64,000 nt of DNA, from positions 11,966,001 through 12,030,000 of the forward strand of contig CP158635.1 of NCBI GenBank assembly GCA_050273025.1. The letters run 5' to 3'. This document shows, piece after piece, positions 41,411 through 52,423 of the stretch. Numbering within the stretch: the stretch's first letter is position 1; each line of letters opens with the position of its first letter. This stretch comes from Cenococcum geophilum. Its lineage: Eukaryota. Both the position numbers and the translations under genes were made by a program. The notes under the pieces were generated by a model, which worked only from the letters and a program-made list of their open reading frames with translations, was not told where the DNA came from and ran no database searches.

Positions 41411-42091
41411 ATACCTAAAGTAATTTCTTCTTTATACACCTAATGTTGTGCTCGCACTGTTGCTATAATATTATCTCTTAGTAAGATTATACCGTCTCCA
41501 TATTCTCGCTGTTTAAAAGAAGGGTTAGTTTATATTGCATTGGCGAACCTATCTTTATAATAACTGTCCTCTTACTTAGAGTATACTAAAGCAAATATTT
41601 ATTCGTCCTATAACGTTCGCTCTACCTCTAATACTAAATATACGCGACCTATTACTCTTAATAGTTGTCTGGTTCCCTAATTAATTTATCTTAGGGTCTT
41701 ATGTTTAATCTGCTGCTATATAGCTAGATAGTAAACTATCTTAAGCCCTTACTAAGTTAGAACGTTCTTAAAATGCGGAACGGAAGGCCCTAAATGCTCG
41801 CATCGCGGCGTCTGCTTATTTACTCCGTTTTAAAAAGGTTCGTAAAAAGGTCTATTTTAAGGAGTAAAAACTTATAAAACAGGGTCTATAGGAACTTAAT
41901 GACGAAAAAACGGATTCTTTTCCGGCTAAGAAGGAAACAGATTTAAGTACTTTAGTAACTACTCTTCTTAAGTCCCCCTTAGGTAACTTGTTCTTTAGCA
42001 ATTCTTCTTTATTAATACTACCTAACCTAATCTCTTCTAATACTCCTATACCTTTTCTATAGCATTCTTTAAATTTTCTAGTAGTTCCTAA
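41411..42091 (+). pseudogene. Antisense ORF inside Gypsy C: Zn2Cys6-like cluster + coiled coil + acidic tail (de-RIPed reading)
   Basis: De-RIPed MPKV...MPSPCSRC.KEGLVCIALANPSSRQLSSCSECTKANIRSSCDVRSTSDAE gives Cx2Cx6Cx13Cx2Cx8C; 5 of the 6 Cys codons are now TAY; probable intron ~41640-41725. Confidence 0.65.
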
Positions 42092-45000
42092 GTAGTCTTA
42101 GTATAGCCTATCTACTTTACCTTATACTATGTTTTATCGTTAATATCCTTATAACTAACAATCTTTAAAACTTACTATTTGTCTTCTTTTTACCCTTTAT
42201 ATACGTCCGCCTTATAAACCGGTAGCTTAACATTCCCGTATACTAGCTCTAGTATTGCGATATACTATATAGGGTAGATCTTTATTTTAGCTAGTAGGTT
42301 TAACTTAAACGTAACTAGTAAAATCCTCTATATAATTTTAAAAGGTCCTAGTCTAACGTAGTCTAACTTCTTACTTAGTCGTTAACTCTTAAAATTTTTA
42401 TGTAGTAGCCATACTTTATCTCCCTCCTTAAGATCTGGTCCCTTAGATCTCTTAGTATTATAGTACTTTTTTATTCTTTCTTATACTTTCTTTACTAATT
42501 CTATAAGGTCTATATAAAGATTTATTAATATCTTTATTCTCTCTTTAGCTCTGCTACTCATTTTCTTTACTTACTATAGTAATAACAATATTCTTAGCTT
42601 ATATCTATAATTTGCCTTAAATAGTAATATGCCTATACCTTTCTATAGCGTTATATTATATATAAACTATATAACTAGTAATAATAATACCTAATTATTT
42701 TATGCGTAATTAATATAGTACTTTAGATACTGCTCTAGTGTCTAATTTAATCTTTCTATTTAACCGTCTATCTGCGAATAATATATAGTAGAAGTTACTG
42801 CTCTAACTCCTTATTCCGCTAAGAATACCTCCTAAAATACTGCTATAAATCTTAGATCTCTATCCGATATAATTTTACTTAGTACTCTATATCTTATAAA
42901 TACTTCTTTAATATAGATTTTAGCGATATCTTCCGCTAAGATTTCTTCTGTATATGCTATAAAGTATCCCCACTTTATAAGCTTATCTACTATTACTAAG
43001 ATCGCGTTATAATCTTATCCGGTAATAGGATTTCTTAACTTTAGTAACTTAATAATAAAGTCCCATAATATAACCTCCTATAGTCTCTCTGGTATTTTAA
43101 TAGGTTATAGCCCTCTATATAGCTTATGCCTTATTAGTTTATTTCTTTAGCAATCTAGATATTTTTTATAACTTTTTACGCTAAGCCCTAAATTTTATTA
43201 ATAATATACTTCTCCTAGAGTCTTAATACTAAGCCTATGGCCCTATTGTGTCCTTAAGTTAATCCCTTATAGAAATCTTCTATAAATTACTCTGCTATAC
43301 TTCTTAGGATGTACTTTACCTCTTAATTTTTATATATATTTATCTATAGATCTTCTAGCTGTGCTTTTAGAATTCTTTACGCCTAAAAGCTTTCTAGTAA
43401 CTTATAAACTCTATCTAGTTCTTCCTAAGTTGCTGCGATTTTTGGATAATTATACCTAATTAATCCGTCTATGTCTCTTCGCAATAAAGCCCCTAATGGC
43501 TTTTCGTTATTCTATAGTTTAGCCTTTTAACTTAGAGCGTCTGCTCGCGTGTTGTTGGTTCCTTTAGTATACTAAATCTCGAAATAGTATTCTGTAAGCA
43601 TTTCTGCCCTTTTAACCTATCTTTAATTAAGTTCCTTTATTATTAGGAATCCTATTAGGTTCTTATAATCCGTCTTAACTATAAATGGTTTTTTTATGCC
43701 TTATAAGAATGCTCTTTATTTCTTTAGTGCTATAACTATACCTAATAACTCCTTATTATAAATGTTATAGTTTAACTCTAGTAGTGTTATCTTCTAACTA
43801 TAATATACTACTAGGTGCTATCTATCTTAACATTTCTATATAAAGCACGCCCCTAATATATAGTCTAATATATCTGTTTTTATAACCGTCTTTAGTCCTA
43901 GTTAATAGATCTTAAAAACTGGCTCCTAGGTAAATAATTTCTTAACTTACTTAAATAGTTTCTGTTACTCCTCTCCCTATACCTATAGTTCTTCTTTCTT
44001 TATCAACCGCGTAAATGGCTTAATATCCTTTAACCACTATACTATAAACCTTCTATAGTAATTATAAAACCCTAAGAACGATCTTAACTGCGTAACGTTC
44101 TCTAGTTCCTACCAATTCACTATAGCCTTAATCTTTTTTAGATCTATACTAAGTTAGCCTAGTTTAATAATAAATCTAACAAAATTGGTCTTCCTAGTAA
44201 AGAATTCGTATTTCTTAATTGCTACTAGCATCTATTCTTCTTATAGTCTCTTTAAAACCTATTTAATGTATTCTCCGTGCTCTTCCTTAGTTATTAAGTA
44301 GATAATAATATTGTTAAGATATACTATAACAAATTTATCTAAGTACTCTCCTAATATATTGTTAATACGTTTCTAAAGCGTTACTGGTGTATTTATAAGC
44401 CCGAATTATATAACTAATAGTTTATATAGTCCTTCCTTTAACTTAAAGACTGCTTTTCATTTATTGCCTTCCTTAATCCTAATCTAATGGTACGCCTATC
44501 TTAGATCTATCTTTATAAAGATTTGCGCATTACCTATCCTATCCTAAATTTCGCTAATTAAGGGTAAAGGATACCTATCCTTTTTAGTAATGCTATTTAA
44601 CTATCTATAGTTAATATATAGCCTTAGTTTGCTATTTTTCTTTAGTACGAATAGTACTGGATAACCTACTAATAACTATAATAGTCTAATATATCCCTTC
44701 TGTAGATTTTCTTAGATAAACTCTTTTAGTGCTCTACCTTCTTCTTTAGTAAGCTTATAGATTAGAAAGAACCTTGGATTTATTTCTAGTTCTAACTCTA
44801 TCTTATAGTCCTATGCTATATAATCTAATAGCTTTTTACTTTTTAGTGACCATAGTTTCTTACCGTACTTATAGTATCTCTTTAGTATATAGCTTAACCC
44901 TTTTTCTATTTCTTTGTAGGTTGCTCCTACTTAGTACTATACTAACTTGGCCTATTATTGCATCTTATGGTGTTAAGTATCCCTAATATTGACCTAACCT

Positions 45001-46771
45001 ATAACCCAATTGATCTTTAGATTATATTCTTATAACTAAGGTATTTTTAGTACTGCCTTATTATTTCCTAATGGTAATATATTAAAAGACATCTTAATTT
45101 ATCTCCCTTTAATAGTTAACTAAATAGGTCCTGTTTTAAGATTAATAATACCTCCTCCGTAGGCTATTAGATCTCCTAAAATTGTTACTAATAGGTAAGA
45201 ATATTCCTTTTTCCTGTATAGTAATCCTATTCTTTTAATTGCTGCTAGTAAGATATGGTTTCGCGTTGCTCTACTATCTATTAGCGCTTTAAACTGCTGA
45301 TCTTACTATCTTACTTATAAATTTAGGTGTTGTTTTTAAATTCCCTTAAGGGTTTAAGGCTCTACTACTAGTTTCCTTTAATCCTATAGGCCTCTACTTT
45401 TCCTAACTATTAGCTGCTTAATCCTATTATACTTGGCTTACTCTTTAGCTAATACTTAGTTTGCTTTTTATCTTTAATATGCCATAAATATATATTCTCT
45501 GGGCATTTCTACCACTATCGTCCGTCTAAGTATTCTTCTATAAGAAATCTTCCTGGCTAAAGTATTAAGTCCCCTTAGCTTTGCACTTCTATTAGGTGCT
45601 AACTATATATATACTTAGTGTTTCTATATTTCGCCTTATCTAATAACTAGTATATCCTTATTAGGTATTTCCGATTCTTATCTTTTAGTGCTCTATATAT
45701 GTTGCACGTATTATCTATATATGCGATTTATGCTAATGTATAGTATGCTTAGTGTTTTGGGTTAACTCTTAGCTTATCTTTATCCCTAAGTTTAAACCTT
45801 TCTTATATTAATCTAAGCGTTGCAACTTTATTTATAGGCACTATAATTTACCTTTTACTTCTCTAGTCCTCTAATTACTCCTTTAGATCTTTTAATATTA
45901 TAATTAAGGCTCCTTTAATATAACTTATAGCCTTTTCTATAATTAGGTGGTTTTGGATAACTTTTTTATCTAACCATATATAGAAATCTTCCCACTTATT
46001 GTTGTATCGTTATCTATACCACTTTTAGTATAACCCTTTAAGTGTATACGGCTTATCCATAAGGAAGTATCTTCTTATTACTGTATTGTAATAGCCTTTA
46101 GTATATCATTCCTTAAACCTAGTAGGAATTTCTAGATTCTCTTTATTTTCTAGTTTAGTAAGCTATTTGGCTCTTAGTATACCTGCCCTAGGCCTATTAG
46201 TAATTCTTTATATTAGTGCTCTGTCCCTTATACAACCTAATATACTAGATCTCTTATCTAGTTTCTATTCTTGCTATGCGATAATTCTTTATCTAAACTC
46301 TTCTATAGTTTCTTTTAGTTTGCGTCTTATAGATAGATCTTTAAAGTCTTCTTACTTCTTAATCTTGGTATTGACTCTTTAATCTTTAGGCTAAACACTA
46401 TATTCTCCTAGTAAGTCTTCTAGGTCTATATATCTGTCTCCTAGTTTAACTGCTATTTATACTATAGATTCTCTAATCTATAAAGAAGCCTCTTACCTCT
46501 TACTTATAGGTGTCCTTATTTATACTCTAAATCTTTAGTCCTTTAGATTCTTTAATCCTAGGCTTACTTCTAACTTAAGCTTTACTCCTACCTTAGTCTA
46601 ACTAGGCTTACTTAGTGTTCTTATCTCGTCTTAAGAGTCTTAAATCTTACTTATCTTATCTTGGGAATCTTATGCCTATAGAAAACTCTATCTCGAGCTT
46701 ATTTATATGTCTTTAAACTAAGCTATTGCCCTACTCTATTGGTTTCTATCCGTTGTGGGTCCTTAGGTGTA

Positions 46772-46885
46772 CCTTATCTCGTCTTAAGAATCTTAGTTGT
46801 CTCTTATCTCGTCTTAAGAATCTTAGTTGTCTCTTATCTCGTCTTAAGAATCTTAGTTATCTCTTATCTCGTCTTAAGAATCTTA
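46772..46885. repeat. 30-bp tandem repeat (~4 copies) inside the Gypsy C gag extension
   Basis: CTCTTATCTCGTCTTAAGAATCTTAGTTGT repeated. Confidence 0.95.
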
Positions 46886-49279
46886 AGCCTTTAGCTTTTT
46901 ACCTTTATTGAGTACCGAAGTGGTTTACTGCTCTACTTCTCTTGCGTCTTGTAAAGCGATAGATATTATATCTAGTGGGGTTTTAATCCCTACTAATGTT
47001 CCCTATTCTGTAGTGGAATTATTCTTTACCTCTTTTATAATATCTCTAAGGTCTATATGCTTCTAGTAAGCTGCCTTTATTGCCTTATTATTACTAAATA
47101 TTTCGCCTATATTAAATTTATTGTCCTTAATATCTAATCTGCAAACTAGTTTATTGGTTCCTTTATATTCCGCTAAATATAGCTCCTATAGCTAATAGCT
47201 TGCGCTGTACTTAGCGTCCTTATAAATTCGGTATATATTATTATAATAAAATGTAAAACTTCTAATTAAATATTCCTTTGTTCCTTGTAGTATACTATTA
47301 TCTTTTTATACGTATATGTCTTCTATTAATGGTCTGGTTCCCTTTATTATATAGTAACTCTAACTATCTTTATAATCCCTTATAAAGTGACTTTGTTTTT
47401 TATAATTTATATAAGCTCCGTCTTTAAACTATTAACTTTGCTATAGAGTCCGCCTAAACATCTTCTACTGCTAAGATCCCTGGTTTGGCCTCTGCTCCTT
47501 AGTTCTATAATTACTAAATCCTTAACCTCTAGGTTTCTATGGTTTTTTACTCCATCTCTTATAGGCTTCTTTAGTACTACTTAGGTCTATTAGCTCTGCG
47601 CTATACTATATTTTTTAATTCGGCTTTAGTTATTACGTACTTTACGCCTTATATAACTATAGAACTCTATTCTAGCCTCTCTTAGCCTATTCCCTTTAGT
47701 AGATCTAATTGTTAATCTTAATTACTTAATCTATTAATTCCCTTAGGGTGTCCGTATCTTCTATTAGGATAATCGTGTTCTGGATTTTAGCCTTAAGTCC
47801 TTACTTATACTGTGCTATAAGCGCCTTATTATTCTACTCTACTTATATTACTAGCGTCTAGAATTACGTAGTATACTTAATTGCTAAGGTTTATTATATA
47901 ATGTCTTAAAGTTTTTTTTCTACTATAGTTACCGCCTCTAGGTCTCTAAATATTTATATAAGTCGCTCCGTAAACCCTTCCTAACTTAAGAATATAAACC
48001 GCACCTCTTAATTAGTGGTTGTTATTCTATTTGCCTGTATTTCTATAAGGTAAAGCTTAAACTATTTAAGTGCTCTTCCTAATAGGAATAGTCCCGTATA
48101 GGCTATTCGATCTATAGGTGTTGGTAGCTTTACCCCTTCTTATATAACTTTAAAGTGCATTTAGGTGAGAAACCCCTTAAGCTTTAATCTTTCTCCTGAG
48201 TACCTCTTAATTAATAGTAACTTAATCTTTGCTGCCCTAATCCTATTAACTCTTTCCTCTAACGCTATATTATTAGTTATTAACTAGTTAACTATTTCTT
48301 ATAGTTATCCGACCGTTACAGGTTGCTATAAGTTAGTATCTGCTATACTGGTGTCGTTACCTAACCTTAAAGTAGTTGCCGCCGTTAATAGCGTCGTGGC
48401 TAGTGCTTTTGGTGGCATGTTATTTAACTTTCTATATTTAATACCGTAACTAGGTAGTGATTGTATAATGGAGCCTTATAGCAGGAACTACGATAGGCTC
48501 GTTAATGGGCTAGGTGTATAGGTGATATAAATTAAAGTTAATAACGTAATAATAACTAGTGGAGTGGTTGCCTAATAGATTAACTCTAATTATATTCTAA
48601 GAATTACTATAAGGAAGGAACTATCTAGGTAGGGACTAAGGGTCCTTAAATACACAACCGTACTCCTATAAAATCCTTCTTATACGTAATATACGTCTTG
48701 TATATAAGGTACGTAAGTTCCTCTCATTCCTCTTGTTTAATATGTGGCATATTATGTGACCTTGGCTACTATTCCTTGTTATATGGTTCTACTAGTTCCA
48801 TCCTAGACCGTGCTTGGATTAACTAACTAGCTTCTTCTAACTCCTCTCTAAGTAGTTATAACATTATACTTAAAGCGTCTATAACATATAAAAGATTACC
48901 TATATAGTATAACTTTATTTAGATATAAACGGGCACTAAGAAGAGCTTTAGGCCTATATTATACCACTTACTAACTACCCTATTATTCTTAGAATAAGCT
49001 AGCTTAAATAATATAACCCCGCTATTAACTAGGAAAAAAGAAAAGCAACCTTTAACTATAAATACTATAGAGAGACTTGCCTAGGATATAGCCTAGCCGC
49101 CTCTATTTACTTACCAGGATATTAACCTAAGAACCCCCTTATTACTCTACCTATAACTAACTACTACTATATAAGTGCCGTAGCCTTCTACTATATAGTA
49201 TATAGAAAAGGCTAGACTGTTACTATAGCTTCCTAATTATAACTATATAAGCTTAATAAAGAATAGAACTACGTCCTCT

Positions 49280-51152
49280 ATAGTGGTATTAGAGTCTTAG
49301 GAATACTATATAGGTAATACGTCCTAAGATGGTGTGTTTACTATTAAATCTAAATACGTTAATATGCCGGTTAAGGGGGGTTAAAGTAAAACTATTATCT
49401 TACGCAAAGATCTTGTTAATAAATCCTATGCCGCTAGCTTCTGTATTAATTAAGACTTAAGTACTAACCCGTTAATTGTACTACTATAGCCGGCAGTTAA
49501 TAGTTATGCTATAATTCTAAGAGTTAAAGTTCGTAACATCTAAAGTATTTAATAAGATCTTAAGGTAGAGCCGTCCTAGAGAGCGACTTAGCTCTAAGAT
49601 CTTCCTTTTAGAGGTAATTATGACGGAGTTCTTATAGCGTATTAGTTATAGTTTCGTCCTTATAAGTAGTGCTTATTATATAACGTGTTAAAGCTAGATA
49701 ATAATTAGGGTTGGTAAACAGAGCTTAGTTAAGGCGATTGGTTGCTTATACTAGTTATTTAAATATTTATTTTAGGCAGGGGGATATAGTAGTAACTTAA
49801 GATATAAGCGTTACTTCCGCATTTAAAATAAAGGCCGTATTTAATATATTATTTACGTTTAGTAGATTCTTTTAGGGCGTAAGAGAGGGTTCTAGCGTTA
49901 ATATCTATAGCGTCTAGGTCCTTACGGGTCTTAAACGGCTAGTAGGCAGAGTATTAAGGTATATGTTTTAGGGTAAGGCGTAATATATCGTTATACAGGC
50001 CGTTAATAACATTGGCGCAGGCAGTAAGGGTATCTGGCAGTTTAACTCCTATAAGGAAAGCCTTTAGTTTAAAGTTTAAGGATTTTACTAGGTAATTAAT
50101 TAAGGCGGGTTCGTTTTATTTAGTCTCTTTAGTATAATAGTAGAACCTAGTAAAGTATAATAGAAAGCTCTTAGAGCCATATATCATCTTATTTAGTTTC
50201 CTTTATACTATTATAATTTAGTTAGGGTCGCCATAAGATGCTTTTAGTATAGTAACTAGTTCTTTTATAGTGTTTAGCTAGAACGGGTATATAGTTTCCA
50301 TAGCGTCTTTTATTAAACGGCTTATAGTATAACATAGTTAACTATTAGGGGTGGGGTAGTAATTAATATTACCGTTTAGCTTGTTCTTAAGTTAGTTAAG
50401 GAAGAAGCGTAGTTTACTTCTTTTACCTAAATAGGCGAGAGGATTATGGAGACGTTTGGTTAGCTTCTTTACGGGGGCACTAATTAGCGAATTTAGGGTT
50501 AAGGAGCTAGTTTTAGACACGCCTTCTCCATCTAGTACTTATAGGTTAACACTAGTAGGAACGGGTGGGGGCGATAATATAGTAGATAGTGGGTTACGGC
50601 GGATTCCTTTAATTTCTTTTCTTAGGGATCTAATTATTTCTTGATGTTAAGCCTCTTATTAAGTAAGGGCATTTATAAAGGCCTATTATAGGCCCTTTAT
50701 TTATTCGGTAAATATATTGCGTAAGTTAGTTATAGATATAGGGGCTTTTAGGTTATTCTGTATATTAGGCGGGGCGAGGTAGTATAGGTTTAATATAATA
50801 TAGTATTACGGAGTAAGTATAAGCGACAATAATATATAGCAAAGTAGATATTATTAAGCTATGTATATAAACTATATAATAAGATTAAGATGTTACGTAA
50901 GGAAAGAAGGTAGGAAAACAGGAAGAAAGGGCATATATTGTTAACTTAGTTACTTAGTTAATATATATATAGGGTAGAATAGGGTTTACGTCATAGTCCT
51001 AGCAAAACTTAGTAGAATTTAGTAAAACTTAGTAGAATATAGTAGAATGCCGTAGATTGCCGTTAGATTGCTATTTTGCGGTTAGTCTCTAATTGCTAAG
51101 TTGGTGGAAATAGGTAGATGTATGCAAGGTGTCACGGGGGTGTCCTATAACA
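49280..51152 (-). mobile_element. Truncated Gypsy A-related copy (5' LTR 50804-51152, gag, protease)
   Basis: LTR aligns end to end with 19516-19864; protease region aligns with 17980-18360. Confidence 0.92.
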
Positions 51153-52423
51153 ATTACTGCGTGGCGAAAAACACCCCGTAGCGAAAACCCGCTAATGTTT
51201 TTTAATAAAATTAACCTAATAGTAAGCTAAAAGTATAGGTATCGGAGGTCCGGGTTAGGCTTAGTATAACTTTAGGTTATATATAACCCCCTAAGGTCCA
51301 CGACATATCGTTTAAATATTACCCCGCCCCTTTGGTGGTGGCCCCTACTTTTAGGACGCGTTTTTAAGGCCTAGGTTAGTACTAGGTTAGTATAAAGGGC
51401 CTTAGCGCGCCTTTAACCTCACTATTGCCTTAATAATCTATTTTCTAACCCTCTCCTATCCTTATACCTGTAATAGCTCGCGTAGAGCTTTTAATTTTAT
51501 ATAGAAAGGCTTATTATAATTCTAATTGTATAATATAGAGCCCTCTTCTTCTTCTTCTCCTTTAATATTTACGCGTTTAGTGACTTTATTTACCTACGCC
51601 ACGCTTATACGTCTCCCCCCTTACCTTTTATAGATATAGAGTCTTTTAGGGATCTTCTTACCCTATAGTCCACTTTATAGTTAACGGAAGCCCCCTTAGC
51701 CCCCTCCTCTTATAGCCTCTAAAATAAATTTAAGGCCTAGATAGCATGGCTATATAATATTTATAAGGCCTAACGCTTAAAGAATATAATTAAGGCGTAC
51801 GAGCTAAAGTAAAAAAAGTAGGAAGACTGGTATATAAGACTAGAAGGTAATATAAACGGCGCCTAGGTAATAGAAGATAAGCTTTACCTATTTTTAGAGT
51901 AGTAAGTTATTAACCGAGAATTATAGGCTGCTAGCTATTAAAAATGTAAATTAAAATAGAAAGAAATATAGAAAGATGGCGAGTAGGTAAAGAAGAGGCA
52001 AAAAACGGCTAAGGGAAAGGCAGCTATAGGGGAGGAAGCTATAAAGGAGGAAGGAAAGATATAGGACAAGGAGGCCTTAGACGCTCTATTTAATAAGATA
52101 GTCTAATACTTAGTTATAAATAGCTATATCTTTACTATTACCGAGCTTTATACATAGTAATTAAAAGATAAAGCCTCGCAGCCGCTATAGGGGGCGAAGC
52201 TCTTAGCGGTACTAGATAGTGTCTACCATAATAAGGACCGGATTTAACGCGCTAACTTTATTAATTAAGGCCTATTTATAATTACTAGCGGCTATAACAT
52301 TAAAGGGCTTAAAAGGGTAATTACTTAGTACTAGAAGACGGGCTCTAAAATACTGGGTTTAGTTAAGTCTTACTTTTAAACTACGGCTAAGTATTTATTA
52401 GGTTTATATCCGGTCTATATAGC

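Larger units (their letters stand above)
40880..48886 (-). mobile_element. Full-length 8.0-kb Ty3/Gypsy chromovirus C with extended gag and a 3' antisense ORF
   Basis: 423-bp LTRs at 40880-41302 and 48464-48886; TSD CATAA/TATAA; PPT AAGAGGAGGGAGATAG; gag ATG at ~48418; PR ALIDS(G)ATRNHI ~45280; RT ~44700-44150; RNase H ~43900-43600; IN ~43300-42600; chromodomain ~42230-42090. Confidence 0.96.
37972..49260 (+). mobile_element. Truncated Ty3/Gypsy B (5' LTR, gag, protease) hosting three later insertions
   Basis: Candidate LTR 37972-38379 (TATAGA, i.e. RIPed TGTAGA,...TCTACA); gag LP(D)P.VF at ~39560; protease FII(D)CGA at ~40755 continuing after 48891 as YPIIL(G).S(W)LK.(H)NPAIN(W). Confidence 0.8.

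Noticed and set aside
51250..51395. Telomere-like GGTTAG motifs
   Set aside because: Only scattered single copies, with no (TTAGGG)n tract
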